Below, in pieces: positions 52,798 to 64,000 of a stretch of 64,000 bases of DNA. This DNA comes from an uncultured cyanobacterium (GTDB taxonomy: Bacteria > Cyanobacteriota > Cyanobacteriia > Leptolyngbyales > Leptolyngbyaceae). A program made the position numbers and the translations under genes. The stretch lies in contig CAVYAN010000117.1 in the NCBI GenBank assembly GCA_963766075.1, forward strand, positions 1 to 64,000, written 5' to 3'. A model generated the notes under the pieces. It was not told the DNA's origin. It saw only the letters and a list, made by a program, of their open reading frames with translations, and ran no database searches. Position 1 is the stretch's first letter. Every line of letters begins with the position of its first letter.

Positions 52798-52951
52798 AGT
52801 CTGCTTCATCCCCCTGAACCCCCTGAAAGTTTGAGGCAGTCTATGCGCGTTAAACCTTCGGGGGGTTTGCCTTGTCTGGGTGATTTGGCAGTGCTAATGT
52901 ATTTGAGCGCTATTTGAGCGCTGTTTTCATTTTGAGGATTGTAACGCATTA

Positions 52952-54067
52952 ATGGCTAGCAAAATTCCCGTCACAATCATCACAGGCTTTCTGGGAAGTG
53001 GTAAAACCACGCTGATCCGGCATCTCCTACAAAACAATCAGGGCCGCCGCATTGCGGTGGTAGTCAATGAATTTGGTGAATTGGGGATTGATGGGGATCT
53101 GCTGCGCTCCTGCCAGGTGTGTCCCGAAGATGAACGCATCGAGGGGGATGCCTCTCCATCGGATCCAACCCTGCCCATGAGCGAGGCGATGGCCTTGAAC
53201 TCGGATATGGCCGCGAATATTGTTGAGCTGACCAATGGCTGCTTATGTTGCACAGTGCAGGAAGAATTCTTACCCACGATGCTGGAGTTGCTAAAGCGCC
53301 GCGATCGCCTTGACCATATCCTGATTGAAACCTCTGGATTAGCCCTGCCGAAGCCATTAATCAAAGCCTTTCGCTGGCCCGAAATCCGTAACGGGGCGAC
53401 GGTGGATGGTGTAATCACAGTAGTCGATTGCGAAGCCGTACTGACGGGCACCATTGCGACGGATCTGGCGGCTCTAGAAACCCAGCGCCAAGCCGATCCC
53501 AATCTGGATCACGAAACGCCCATTCAGGAATTATTTGAAGATCAGTTGGCCTGTGCGGATCTGGTCATTCTCAATAAGACAGATCTCGTCGATGCGATCG
53601 CCCAAGCCACGGTTCAAGCCCGCATCAAGGCCGAACTGTCTGCGCCCGTGAAAATTGTTCACAGTATCCAAGGCCAATTAGATACCACCCTGTTGCTCGG
53701 GTTCCAGGCCGCCGTGGAGGATAATCTGGAAAATCGCCCGAGTCATCATGACACAGAGGATGACCACGACCATGATGATCACATCACCTCGACCCATGTG
53801 ATTTTGAATCGCTGCTTTGATCCCGATCGCCTGCGGCAACGTCTGGAAGCCATGGTCCAAGAGCAAGAAATCTATCGGGTAAAGGGGTTTGTGGCGGTTC
53901 CGCAAAAACCCATGCGTTTGGTGATGCAGGGCGTCGGCAGTCGGTTTGACCATTTTTATGATCGTCCCTGGCAGCCGACAGAAGTGCCTCAAACCCGATT
54001 GGTGTTTATCGGTCGAGACTTGGATGCCGCCCGAATCGAATCGCAACTCATGGCCGTTCTGAACTAA
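52952..54067 (+). CDS. cobW: Cobalamin biosynthesis protein CobW
   Basis: ITGFLGSGKTT, NGCLCCTVQEEF, ETSGLALPKPL, His-rich stretch. Confidence 0.93.
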   Translation: MASKIPVTIITGFLGSGKTTLIRHLLQNNQGRRIAVVVNEFGELGIDGDLLRSCQVCPEDERIEGDASPSDPTLPMSEAMALNSDMAANIVELTNGCLCCTVQEEFLPTMLELLKRRDRLDHILIETSGLALPKPLIKAFRWPEIRNGATVDGVITVVDCEAVLTGTIATDLAALETQRQADPNLDHETPIQELFEDQLACADLVILNKTDLVDAIAQATVQARIKAELSAPVKIVHSIQGQLDTTLLLGFQAAVEDNLENRPSHHDTEDDHDHDDHITSTHVILNRCFDPDRLRQRLEAMVQEQEIYRVKGFVAVPQKPMRLVMQGVGSRFDHFYDRPWQPTEVPQTRLVFIGRDLDAARIESQLMAVLN

Positions 54068-54131
54068 TGGCTTGCCTCAAACCATCCCATCGCCCCTATT
54101 CCCCTACCCCCTACTCTTTCCTCCGCGTCTG

Positions 54132-54746
54132 CTATTCCTTAACCAGCACGCCATTTAAGAAAATTTCGGCCATATCCTCTGCCATTTCCTGCATTTCTTG
54201 AATCGACGTGCCCGGTTCCATAATCGTGCTGTGGCTAAAGCCCGCGACCGCAAACATCCCTAGAAAGACGCGCGCCACGGTTTTGGGGTTCACCCGGCGA
54301 TAGATGCCCTGATCCATAGCCGTTTGAAAAAACGCCTCCGCCACATCGGTCATCTTAGCAACGACCTCGGTTTGGATGCGATCGCGCAAATCGGCGTGGA
54401 ACTGCGCCTCCATGAAGCAGACCCGGAGCATGTCTGAATTCTCATGCAAATGCAGCATCCGATTGCGAATCACCTGGGCTACGGCTTTGTAGCTGCCCAT
54501 TTCGCTCAATTCCGTTAACAAATCCGTCAGCAAATCCGTCCAGCCCTGGGTAGCCACCTCTACCAAGATCGCCTTTTTATTCGGAAAATAGCGGAAAAGC
54601 GTTCCCTCTGCCACGTCCGCGCGCTGAGCCAAATCCTTGGTGGTGGTGCCATCATATCCTTTTTGAGCAAATAACTTCAAAGCGGCCTTAAGAATGCGCG
54701 TGCGGGTCTCCGATTCGGAAGTAGCCTGAGGCGGAAAAAGTCGCAT
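54132..54746 (-). CDS. TetR/AcrR family transcriptional regulator
   Basis: ILKAALKLFAQKGYDGTTTKDLAQRADVAEGTLFRYFPNK. Confidence 0.93.
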   Translation of the reverse strand: MRLFPPQATSESETRTRILKAALKLFAQKGYDGTTTKDLAQRADVAEGTLFRYFPNKKAILVEVATQGWTDLLTDLLTELSEMGSYKAVAQVIRNRMLHLHENSDMLRVCFMEAQFHADLRDRIQTEVVAKMTDVAEAFFQTAMDQGIYRRVNPKTVARVFLGMFAVAGFSHSTIMEPGTSIQEMQEMAEDMAEIFLNGVLVKE

Positions 54747-55401
54747 AGGAAGTATTGAAAATGTCGCCACAATCTATCACTGCAAGTTCCAGAGTTGAGA
54801 AACCTTTCGCTATGTTTTAAGGTTCAACCAGAGGGTTTGGTTTATCTTTCTTAACCCATCCGGATTTTTCTATCCAGCCGCCGGCGATCTCCCCTACGGA
54901 TTTGGCAGTACTCCAACAGCAAAAGCATTCTGACCCATAGCGTCCCCTAAAATCCATGGCTGTCCTTGTCGCACCTGCCAATTGCATACTTCTATGGAAA
55001 GAATTGCAGCACTTGAACAAACATCAACTTTAGTATCAGAGCCTTGATCCTGGCCTTGATTCTGTCTATTGTGAATTCATGAGGCTTCCTGAGCCTCTTC
55101 TGGCAGATCAAACAGCCAAGTCCACGTTAGCTCAGTCCACGTTAGCTCAATGAGGTGAAAGCGCTGTTTAATTTCATATCTGTCTCGTCAAACTGCAACA
55201 GCATCCATAGCGAAATTTGATATTTCCTCAGCTGGTAAATCGAGAGCAATCCATCGGATTCTATGCGTTTCATCCTCAATTTTATTTAGGGTGTGCAATT
55301 CGGGGAACTCTGTATACAATATGCTAACCAGAGGAAATCACTCAAAGAGTAGATCCTTGGATGCTGTTGTAGTTTTAAAGCGTAAACCGCAGAGTTAAGT
55401 C

Positions 55402-56169
55402 ATGGCGATTATTGCTCTGAAAGCGTGGTACATCCAGGAATATGAACCGCTGAAGGATTTAGAAAAACGGCCCCATGACTTGCGTTTGAGCAAAAATAGT
55501 TTGCTGAAGTCAGGGCTGCGGGCGGATTTTTTAGACGATAGCGATACGGTAAAGGTGGCACCCTGGTTTCAGCGCTATTTAGAAGGGGATGCGATCGAGT
55601 TTTACATTGAGGGCAGTGGCAGCTATGCGATCGCCAATATCGATTTGCAAAGCCACGAAATCTACTTCGTCAAACAGGACAGTCTCTCCCGCCTCGATCC
55701 CGTTATCTTCCTCTGCTATCAAACGGAATACCCCGACTCCAGCGATCTGCTGCGCGACGAGTTACAGGTTATTTTGGAAAAGCTCAATCCAAAGTCCCGC
55801 GTTCCCCTCAGCCTCAAAGAGTCCCACCGTCTGACCGATGGACCCACCCGACTCAACAGCACTCTGATGAAGTCCATCCGCAACTGCCTGCTCTTTGTTG
55901 CCGACAGTACTCCCATTGCTCAGATCGACGGCACTCCGCCCCAACTTCTCCCCAGTCCCAAGGTTTGTGTAGAGGTGGGCTACGCCCTCCAGTGCAAGCG
56001 CTCGGAACAAATTATCCTGACCCACATGGATCGTCCGGACCTGCCTGGACAATTTCCCTTTGATCTTCCTACCCAAAGTCGCCTCAGCTTTAAAGACAAA
56101 GCCCAGTTACATAAGCTCTTACCCGGAATGGTACAGGCCCAGTTGCAGCGCTTCAATTTGGGGATTTAA
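55402..56169 (+). CDS. Conserved cyanobacterial protein with C-terminal TIR-like/deoxyribosyltransferase-like domain
   Basis: IFLCYQ, CLLFVADSTPI, PSPKVCVEVGYAL, FPFDL. Confidence 0.65.
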   Translation: MAIIALKAWYIQEYEPLKDLEKRPHDLRLSKNSLLKSGLRADFLDDSDTVKVAPWFQRYLEGDAIEFYIEGSGSYAIANIDLQSHEIYFVKQDSLSRLDPVIFLCYQTEYPDSSDLLRDELQVILEKLNPKSRVPLSLKESHRLTDGPTRLNSTLMKSIRNCLLFVADSTPIAQIDGTPPQLLPSPKVCVEVGYALQCKRSEQIILTHMDRPDLPGQFPFDLPTQSRLSFKDKAQLHKLLPGMVQAQLQRFNLGI

Positions 56170-56266
56170 TTTAGGGCAATGCAGTAAATTTCTTTGTAAA
56201 AGCATATTTCAATGCTATTTGTTAATGCTTAATATTTATAATTTTGGTATTCGGGTTAGGTAAACA

Positions 56267-56959
56267 GTGACTGTTGACGATATTGTTAAGCTATTCGACG
56301 CGATTACAAAATTACTCAACGTCCTCATCTGGCCGGGGTTGATTTTGTTCATTCTGGTCCGTTTTGGTCGAGACTTGCGGGAATTCTTCTCAAGTTTGGG
56401 TGAATTATCGCTTAAAGGGGCTGGGTTTGAAGCTTCACTAAAGAGAAAGCAAGCCGAAGTTGTTGCCGCTCTGTCTGCCGCTGCTGCATCTAAGCCCGAT
56501 GAGGATAAGACTCGTGAGAATGTCGCAAAAGAAGCAATGATTGCGGCAGATGTGGTCGCTGAAGTTGTTACGCCTCGCGCTATTAGACGCGCAAGTAGAT
56601 CAATTGTTCTCTGGGTGGATGATAACCCCAACAACAATAACTATGAACGTCAAGCACTTGAAGCACTAGGAGTGAGTTTTATTTTGGCGCAATCGACAGA
56701 TGAGGCGCTAAGGCAAACTTCTCGACAACGTTTCGATGCCATAATTTCCGACATGGGGCGGCCACCTGATTCCCGTGCAGGTTATACGCTTCTCGATAAG
56801 CTGCGCTCTAGTGGGGATCAAACCCCATTTATTATTTATGCTGGCTCAAGAGCTTTAGAGCATGTTATGGAGTCCCGTCGTCATGGTGCCATTGGATGTA
56901 CCAACAACCCAAACGAGTTGTTTGAGATGGTACTATCTGCATTAGGTCGTGCTGTATAG
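56267..56959 (+). CDS. Membrane-anchored atypical receiver-domain protein
   Basis: N-terminal TM (LIWPGLILFILV), LWVDDNP, IISDMGRP, FIIYAGS; no KP motif. Confidence 0.75.
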   Translation: MTVDDIVKLFDAITKLLNVLIWPGLILFILVRFGRDLREFFSSLGELSLKGAGFEASLKRKQAEVVAALSAAAASKPDEDKTRENVAKEAMIAADVVAEVVTPRAIRRASRSIVLWVDDNPNNNNYERQALEALGVSFILAQSTDEALRQTSRQRFDAIISDMGRPPDSRAGYTLLDKLRSSGDQTPFIIYAGSRALEHVMESRRHGAIGCTNNPNELFEMVLSALGRAV

Positions 56960-57229
56960 CAGCTTCAATGTAGACCGACCACTGACAGTTTATCTACGGA
57001 ATTGCCTAGAGTTTCTGCTGTGAGCGGTTCTAGAGATTCTACAGGTGTCTTAGCCCGATAGACAGCTGATTGCCAATCGCCACTGCTGATCAAACGCCTG
57101 GGGAAAAGGAGCGTGATTTTGGCGTCTCCCTTGACAGATGTTAGAAACCGGAGTGATTTGAAACTTTTTATGTCCCAATGGGCACTGTAGTGGTGATAAT
57201 TGTGAAGTCAACAGGCGCGAGATATGCAG

Positions 57230-57538
57230 ATGACAGGAAATACATCGCCAAAGCCAACGGATGCTGCAGGGGAACGCCGCAGCAAATATGCACGGGTACC
57301 GACTGAATATGCGGTGCACCTGCTGATTGAGGGAGGCCATCGCGAAGAAGTCCGATTTACCACGATTCAAGACTTCCAAAAGTGGTACAGCGGTGAACTG
57401 GTGCCCAAAGCTACGTCGAATGACTTTATCACTGTGCCCATGAAGGGTGCCCAGGGCGAATATATGGTGTTACGTCCGGCGAAGGTGATTGGTGTGCGGG
57501 TGGAACCGGTGTACAGTTCCAGCGTCGAACGGTTTTAA
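57230..57538 (+). CDS. Conserved hypothetical protein
   Basis: EYAVHLLIEGGHREEVRFTTIQDFQKWY...EYMVLRP...RVEPVYSSSVERF. Confidence 0.7.
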   Translation: MTGNTSPKPTDAAGERRSKYARVPTEYAVHLLIEGGHREEVRFTTIQDFQKWYSGELVPKATSNDFITVPMKGAQGEYMVLRPAKVIGVRVEPVYSSSVERF

Positions 57539-57723
57539 GGTGTCTATGGGTTTTCCATAGATCCCCACTGACTGCATAGAACGCCACTGAAGAGGCGCAT
57601 GGGGATGCGCTTCTTCAGCAATGGTTCCTAGGAGTAGAATCTTTAGTGAGATTTTTCTTCGGTATATTTTTATATCAGCAGAATTTTACTGCAACCCGTC
57701 ATAGAGCAATAGGCAAGCACAAC

Positions 57724-58943
57724 ATGAGCCAGATCAGTCGCCAAACTACGGTCCTCTGGCTAATGGCGCTGTCGGTGGGATGGCTGCTGGTGGGCGGACC
57801 TGTTCTAACGCAGGAAGTACCATCACCCGCATCACCGTCGTCTGTGCCCTTGGTGCCTATTGGGCAGTTGAATCCGGCGATCGCCCCGGCATCAGTGTTG
57901 CGAGACGGGCTCCGGGATGACCCAATTTTTGAGCCGGGGGGAGATCGCCGCTTACTCCTCCAGGCCATCGATCACAGTCTGCGCTATTTGCGCACGGCCA
58001 AGGCACAGGCCGACTACCGCCCCTTTGCAGCGACTGGCCTAACGCGCGTGGATATGATTCGCAGTTTGGAGCGGTTTCGGCAGTTGACGACCTTGGCGCG
58101 ATCGGCCACAGAGCTGCAAACGTCTGTGGAACGGGAGTTTCAGGTCTATCAAGCCACAGGTAAAGACGGCCAGGGAACCGTGGCTTTTACCGGCTACTTT
58201 GAGCCTGTGCATCGGGCTAGCCGGGTCCAAACCTCAGAATTTCGCTATCCGATCTTTCGGGCTCCCAAGGACCTGCCTGCCTGGACAAAGCCCCATCCCA
58301 CCCGCGCTGAATTGGAGGGGACAGATGGGCTGCAGTTTGTCCAGGGACGGTTGAAGGGGTTGGAGTTGGTGTGGTTACGCGATCGCCTGGAAGCATTCCT
58401 AGTCCAAGTGCAGGGATCGGCCCGCCTCCAGCTCACGGATGGCACAACCATGACCATTGGCTACGCCGGCAGTACCCAGTACCCCTACACGGGCATTGGT
58501 CGGGAGCTGGTCAAAGACGGCAAGCTAACCCTGGAATCGCTGACTCTGGCGCGGTTGACGCAATATTTTCAGGATCATCCGGCTGATTTGGATGTTTACT
58601 TGCCTCGGAACCAACGGTTCATCTTTTTAAAAATACGGATGGAGCCGCTGCCACCGGCAGCTTAGGGGTGCCTGTCACCGCAGAACGCTCCATCGCTACG
58701 GATAAGCGGCTATTCCCCCCTGGGGCACTGGCCATAATCACCACGGAAATCCCCTACGTCCATAATGGTCAGCTTGAGAAGCGCCGAGTCACACGATTTG
58801 TGCTGGATCAGGATACGGGCAGCGCGATTCGGGGGGCAGGACGAGTGGATGTGTTTATGGGCGCAGGTCCGCAGGCGGGCGATCGCGCCGGATTGATTAA
58901 TGCCACGGGTCAGCTTTATTATTTAGTTCTGAAAAAATCTTAA
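57724..58943 (+). CDS. mltA: MltA-type murein transglycosylase (MltA + 3D domain); 1-nt deletion at about 58624-58628
   Basis: FTGYFEP, QVQGSA, YTGIG, NQRFIF; 3D domain SIATD, LDQDTGSAIRGAGRVDVFMG in next frame. Confidence 0.88.
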
Positions 58944-59029
58944 GGCAGCGGGCAGGCTTGGATTTTGGGGCTTGGAGCGCCTTCAGGTTCTCTCTAAGCC
59001 CTAAAATCCAAAATCCAAAATTGTCCCGT

Positions 59030-59734
59030 CTACCAGAAGGAGGGTTGGTGTCGTACCAGATTGAAGAACTCCTCACGGGTTTTTTGTTCTTCTTGGAATA
59101 CACCCAGCATGGCGCTGGTCACTGTCCAAGACCCTGGCTTTTGCACACCCCGCATCACCATGCACATGTGCGATGCTTCCATAACCACGGCGACCCCCTG
59201 GGGCTCGAGAATTTCCTGGACGGCTTCTGCCACTTGGCGGGTCAGGCGTTCTTGAACTTGCAGACGACGGGAGAACATTTCGACAATGCGGGCCAGTTTG
59301 CTCAAGCCCACAACCTTTTGATTGGGAATGTAAGCCACATGCACCCGCCCCATAAAGGGCAGCATGTGATGTTCACACATGCTGAAAGCACTGATATCCC
59401 GCACGAGGACCATTTCGTTATGGCCTTCGTCAAAAATTGCCCCGTTCACCAGTTCTTCCAAGGATTGTTGGTAACCGCTAGTCATAAATCGCATGGCTTC
59501 GGCGACTCGCTTCGGGGTCTTGAGCAAGCCTTCCCGATCAGGATCTTCGCCCACACCCAGAAGCATGGTGCGGACAGCGGCCATCATTTCTTCTTGACTT
59601 ACTTCAGGCTGGGTCAGAAGTTTGGGTTCACGTTCACCATCCAAGGTATTGCGATCGGGGCGAGTTTGTAAAGATTTCAGTTCGCTGGCATTAGCAATGG
59701 AGGTGTTAGAACCGTTCGGTGAAGCAATAGTCAT
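59030..59734 (-). CDS. folE: GTP cyclohydrolase I
   Basis: [46 protein letters not shown]. Confidence 0.97.
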   Translation of the reverse strand: MTIASPNGSNTSIANASELKSLQTRPDRNTLDGEREPKLLTQPEVSQEEMMAAVRTMLLGVGEDPDREGLLKTPKRVAEAMRFMTSGYQQSLEELVNGAIFDEGHNEMVLVRDISAFSMCEHHMLPFMGRVHVAYIPNQKVVGLSKLARIVEMFSRRLQVQERLTRQVAEAVQEILEPQGVAVVMEASHMCMVMRGVQKPGSWTVTSAMLGVFQEEQKTREEFFNLVRHQPSFW

Positions 59735-59841
59735 AATAGTTGTCGGGTAGAGAGGGTGAGTAAATGACCCGACCCGCTAGGACGCTGCGTCATCAGCGGG
59801 TCAAGTCTGCTGTGTTATTGACTAAACAATCGCTGACCTTC

Positions 59842-60567
59842 CTAGAAGGTGCCTGCATTGGGCATCAGGATCATCTCTTCAATCACAGCACTAGCAGGCA
59901 TTTGAGCTGCTTGTAAGATGGCTTGAGCAACAATTTCGGGAGTGAGCATTTGAGTTCGATCAAAGTCGGCTTGCACCGTGTCTGTATCCCAGATTTCGGT
60001 GTTGACGGAGCCTGGGGAAATGGTGACCACGCGAATGCCATGGGCCCGTTCTTCGGCGGCGAGGGTTTTAGAAAGCGCCAACACGCCAAACTTACTCACA
60101 CAGTAAGCACCCCAGTTGGGAAACGTTTGGTGGGCTGCAATGGAAGCAACGTTGATAATTGTGCCCCGTTGCCGTTGCCGCATTCCAGGCAAGATTCCTT
60201 GAATGCATTGGAAAACACTGGTGAGGTTGAGGTCAATGACTCTCTGCCAATCCGCCAGGGGCGTATCAACTAGGGAGCCTGTATAGCCCATGCCGGCATT
60301 ATTGATCAGAATATCGATGGGACCGAATTTCTGGGCGATCGCCCCCATTTGATCCTTGACCTGACCAAGACGGGCTAAATCAATCACAGCCATGTCCACA
60401 TCCACACCATAATCCGCTGCCGCGTGGGCAACAGATGCCAACTTGTCCTTTGTTCGACTGACCAGCACCAAGGGGATGCCCGCTTGGGCAAATGCCAGGG
60501 CCGTTGCTTTGCCAATACCGCTGCTGGCCCCTGTGATCAGGGCGCGCGGGGCGATGGAAGAAGTCAT
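59842..60567 (-). CDS. Short-chain dehydrogenase/reductase
   Basis: TGASSGIG, NNAG, YCVSK; conserved position between accA and folE. Confidence 0.92.
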   Translation of the reverse strand: MTSSIAPRALITGASSGIGKATALAFAQAGIPLVLVSRTKDKLASVAHAAADYGVDVDMAVIDLARLGQVKDQMGAIAQKFGPIDILINNAGMGYTGSLVDTPLADWQRVIDLNLTSVFQCIQGILPGMRQRQRGTIINVASIAAHQTFPNWGAYCVSKFGVLALSKTLAAEERAHGIRVVTISPGSVNTEIWDTDTVQADFDRTQMLTPEIVAQAILQAAQMPASAVIEEMILMPNAGTF

Positions 60568-60883
60568 GAAAGTCGTCCAAATTCCTAAAGAGTATCCTGC
60601 TATGGCTAACACCTTAGCCGGAGCCTGACTTTGGGTATGGTAGCGACCCAACCTGAGCCAAGCGTTAATGACAGATAAGACTTGTTTAAACGTGCCAGCC
60701 TAAAAACAGGGATGGCCTTATGCGGGCCTCAACCAGAAGAAAAACAACATGTTCAGAATGACACCCTAGATGGGACCGATTAAAAGCGATCGCTGCGTCC
60801 ACGGATAATGCAGTCCTTAGAACCAATCAATCCCCGAAGACGGACCTCCATCAAGCCTTGCCGCAGGTAAAGACAAAGCAGAA

Positions 60884-60916
60884 GATGTAAACAAATGTAA
60901 CAATAAGATTATATCA
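60884..60916 (-). promoter_or_regulatory. Extended -10 promoter (TGATATAAT) followed by HLR1-like RpaB box
   Basis: Minus strand TGATATAAT-CTTATT-GTTACATT-TG-TTTACATC. Confidence 0.6.
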
Positions 60917-60984
60917 CTCAGAATTCGCGATTGTGGCCGCCAACTGGGCAGAGTTCTTGCCCAACCCGGTGTGGATTTCCGTCC

Positions 60985-61965
60985 CTAGGCCGTGGTTTCA
61001 GCAAAAATGCCCATGGCCCGAAATTTTTGATAGCGGACTTCGCGGCGCTGCTGACCTGTGAGTTGGGTCAGTTCGTGGAGATGACGCAGCAGGGCTTCCT
61101 TGAGAATTTCAATGGTTTTGAGTGGATCAGAATGGGCACCGCCAATCGGCTCAGGCAAAATTTCGTCAATAATGCCCAAACGTTTCAGGTCAGGGGCGGT
61201 AATTTTCAGGGCTTCCGCCGCCTGCGGCGATTGCGAGGCATCTTTCCACAAAATTGCGGCACAGGCTTCTGGCGTAGCCACCGTATAGACAGAATGCTCA
61301 AACATCAGCAACCGATCGCCGACGCCAATCCCCAGAGCGCCGCCCGATCCCCCTTCGCCAATCACCGTGCAAATAATCGGCACATCCAACCGAAACATTT
61401 CCCGCAGATTCACCGCGATCGCTTCACCTTGACCCAATTCTTCTGCCTGCATGCCGGGATAGGCACCGGGAGTATCAATAAACGCCAGAATGGGCAACCC
61501 AAAACGATTGGCATGATCCATAACCCGCATCGCCTTGCGATAGCCACCCGGAGAGGCCATACCAAAATTGCGGGCCACGTTTTCTTTGGTATCCCGACCT
61601 TTTTGATGGCCCAGCATGGCCACCGGATACCCGCCAATGCGGGCAATTCCCGCAATCAATGCTGGATCGTCGCCCCCACAGCGATCGCCATGGAGTTCAA
61701 ACCATTCATCGGTCAATGCCTGGATATAGTCCAATGTGGTGGGTCGGCGAGGATGCCGCGCCACTTGGACGCGCTGGGACGGGGATAAACTGCCAAAAAT
61801 TTCCTGCCGCAACTCAACTGCCCGTGCTTCCAGGAGCTGGATTTGGTCAGAAACATCGACATCGTTTTCTTCCGCCAAATCACGAATTTGCGTAATTCGC
61901 GCTTCCAATTCCGCTAGGGGTTTCTCAAAGTCAAGCAGAATTGGGCGACGCTCAGAGGTAGGCAT
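60985..61965 (-). CDS. accA: Acetyl-CoA carboxylase carboxyltransferase alpha subunit
   Basis: [43 protein letters not shown]. Confidence 0.98.
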   Translation of the reverse strand: MPTSERRPILLDFEKPLAELEARITQIRDLAEENDVDVSDQIQLLEARAVELRQEIFGSLSPSQRVQVARHPRRPTTLDYIQALTDEWFELHGDRCGGDDPALIAGIARIGGYPVAMLGHQKGRDTKENVARNFGMASPGGYRKAMRVMDHANRFGLPILAFIDTPGAYPGMQAEELGQGEAIAVNLREMFRLDVPIICTVIGEGGSGGALGIGVGDRLLMFEHSVYTVATPEACAAILWKDASQSPQAAEALKITAPDLKRLGIIDEILPEPIGGAHSDPLKTIEILKEALLRHLHELTQLTGQQRREVRYQKFRAMGIFAETTA

Positions 61966-62120
61966 AGGAGTGCCAGTAAAAGGGGTGACGAACTAGAAAA
62001 CCGGCTCACTAGAAAACCAGCTCAGTTAAGTGGCTAGTTAACTAACATACAACGAAGGGGACCTCCATCAACATCCCACCGAAGTGGGCGGGGGAATCGT
62101 TGAAGGGATGCCTGCAATAG

Positions 62121-63140
62121 CTAAATCAACAGCGGACGAAAGCCATGCTTGATCGACACTTCTCCAATTTGCTCCATTTTCTCAACGCTAATGTGGTTGC
62201 GCCCCCAAGAAAAATTCGTGTGCCACTTCTCGAATTCCAGCAGCATCGATTCTGCAAAGCACGCAAACAGTTGGCGCGCGGGCACATCCATATTGACAAT
62301 CCGCATAATCTTCCAGTCAATATCTAGGGAATGTTCCACAATGCCACCATTGAGGATATGCACCCCTTCATACTGGACCCGAGTAGCCAGATTTTTAGGA
62401 TAGCCGCCATCAATAATCAAACAGGGCTGTTTCAGGGTTGTGGGATCAATTTCCACCCCCTTGGGCATGCTGGCGACCCAAACAATGATGTCCGCCAAGG
62501 GCAGAGCCTCTTCCATCGTCAAAATCTTCCCCCGTCCCAGTTCTGCCTGTAGGGATTGGAGGCGTTCTTGGTTACGGGCCACTAACAGCAGATCTGCCAC
62601 GTCTGTGCGGGTATTGAGCCAGCGGCACACCGCACTGCCAATGTCCCCCGTAGCCCCACAAATGGCAACGGTAGCCGTGGATAGGTTAATCCCCAAGTTT
62701 GCTGAGGCTTGTTCAACTTGGCGACAAATAATGTACGCCGTGTGGGTGTTGCCAGTCGTGAAGCGCTTGAAATCCAGCATTACATTCCGCACTTGGCGAA
62801 TTTGGTCGAGATTAAAATTCTCAAAAATGATGGAGGAAAATCCCCCTAAGGCCGTGATATCAATACCATGCTTTTGGGCGTGGGCCATGGCATTAATCAC
62901 TTTGCGGGTGGCGGCTTTAATCCGACGATTGGCCAGCATCTCTGGCAGAAAGCAGGATTCTACATATTGCCCTTCGATGGTTTGCCCGGTCACGCTAGTC
63001 ACCGTGATGTGATCAACGATTTGTGGGGGAGCGCTGCACCAAAAGTCTAGGTCTTGGTCGGCGTATTCTGGATAGCCTAATTCGCGGGCGACGGATTGAG
63101 CATGCTCGAGGCTGGTAAGGTGACCGATTAAACCAAACAT
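62121..63140 (-). CDS. aar: Long-chain acyl-ACP reductase
   Basis: [44 protein letters not shown]. Confidence 0.97.
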   Translation of the reverse strand: MFGLIGHLTSLEHAQSVARELGYPEYADQDLDFWCSAPPQIVDHITVTSVTGQTIEGQYVESCFLPEMLANRRIKAATRKVINAMAHAQKHGIDITALGGFSSIIFENFNLDQIRQVRNVMLDFKRFTTGNTHTAYIICRQVEQASANLGINLSTATVAICGATGDIGSAVCRWLNTRTDVADLLLVARNQERLQSLQAELGRGKILTMEEALPLADIIVWVASMPKGVEIDPTTLKQPCLIIDGGYPKNLATRVQYEGVHILNGGIVEHSLDIDWKIMRIVNMDVPARQLFACFAESMLLEFEKWHTNFSWGRNHISVEKMEQIGEVSIKHGFRPLLI

Positions 63141-63347
63141 GGGCAGTTGTTGAAGGAACTAAACAGGATGAGGCAGAAGATGAGGCAGAGGGCAAGGAAC
63201 TCCACATGGGGCATCGCAGATCAACTGAATCGATGCGGACTTAATCGACTGTTGAGCGATCGGTACGACCCTAACTAAGCAATCGGTATCGATCCTAACA
63301 GTCTATCGCAGCAGTGTACCCAACCCCCTAAAAAGCAATTCCCGCCG

Positions 63348-64000
63348 CTAGGCTGCCGCCAAACCCATGGCAGACATGCGCATAATGTCGCGGGTGCTAA
63401 AGCCGATGTTGCCGAGGGCTTCGCCATACTGAATCATAAAGTCCTCGACTAGGGCCTCTTTTTCCATGCCCAGAACGTCGGCATCGGTTTCAACTTGGTT
63501 CAACATTTGCCAGACCAGGGGAAGATTTTGGCGGTTGGCTTCTTCAAGCTCATTCTTGGAGGCTTCAAAGTTGGCCTTGAGCCACTCTTCTCCAAAGTTC
63601 AGGTGCAGGTATTCTTCTTTGATGACACCCTCAGTAATTTTGCGGGCGAAGTCGTCGGCTACGGGGATATAGATGTTGTAGGCAGCGATCGCAAAGCACT
63701 CAATAATCAAAGACTGAATCAGCAGACAGGTGACGACCTTGCCAGCGGCAGCAGCTACCTGAAAGTTGTCATGCAATTGATGGAAAAATTCACGGGCAAA
63801 ATCCATGTCAGGGATGACGCTGAGGTTGCGCCCACAGGCTTCAAATCCCTTTTTGTGGCGACTCTCCATTTTTGCTAGCTTGATCAGCTCATCCTTGGCG
63901 TCAGACAGCATATCGCTCAGGCGGATGTAGTTTTCGTGGGCTTCTTGCTCACCTTCAATCACGATCGCATTAATCCGGCTGTAGGCATCTTGATAAATAC
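63348..64000 (-). CDS. ado: Aldehyde-deformylating oxygenase (5' end beyond window)
   Basis: [52 protein letters not shown]. Confidence 0.97.
   Translation of the reverse strand, partial: IYQDAYSRINAIVIEGEQEAHENYIRLSDMLSDAKDELIKLAKMESRHKKGFEACGRNLSVIPDMDFAREFFHQLHDNFQVAAAAGKVVTCLLIQSLIIECFAIAAYNIYIPVADDFARKITEGVIKEEYLHLNFGEEWLKANFEASKNELEEANRQNLPLVWQMLNQVETDADVLGMEKEALVEDFMIQYGEALGNIGFSTRDIMRMSAMGLAAA

Noticed and set aside
52800..52951. Cobalamin riboswitch upstream of cobW
   Set aside because: No B12-box consensus visible; only a terminator-like stem after ho1.
59030..64000. ado-aar-accA-SDR-folE cluster as a novel system
   Set aside because: Well-known conserved cyanobacterial alkane biosynthesis neighbourhood.

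Overview
Cyanobacterial chromosomal window: HIP1 octamer GCGATCGC throughout, plus rpaB, ndhM, ho1, ftrV, ycf51 and the ado-aar alkane genes. It is mostly core genome: radA (partial), rpaB, cysteine desulfurase, PP2C, TPP riboswitch-thiC, ftsQ-ftsZ, glgC, uvrC, amt, mgsA, recF, phoH-khpA-rpsP, recG, tldD, coaE, cobW, mltA, and the conserved ado-aar-accA-SDR-folE cluster. The accessory content is concentrated in the first 10 kb. (i) Two Rpn/YhgA-like PD-(D/E)XK nuclease paralogs each carry a perfect internal AGGAGG-N5-ATG start at the same aligned Met, followed by a 12-bp repeat tract and unrelated C-termini; this is the layout of toxins with intragenic antitoxins. (ii) A TIR + FGE-sulfatase (CLec) gene has a 3' end with the codon pattern and downstream elements of a diversity-generating retroelement variable region, but I found no RT or template repeat in the window, so it is a candidate remote target. 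Other items: an MshEN-like + phosphoglycosyltransferase + WecB/TagA triple fusion, an extended -10 promoter with an adjacent RpaB HLR1-like box upstream of SDR-folE, a 53-bp palindrome, a 13-bp VNTR and many 11-18 bp tandem duplications. Six genes, including ftsZ, have single-base frameshifts that most likely reflect sequencing or assembly error. I recognised no rRNA, tRNA, CRISPR array or intact transposase. All family assignments are by motif recognition only; no searches were run.
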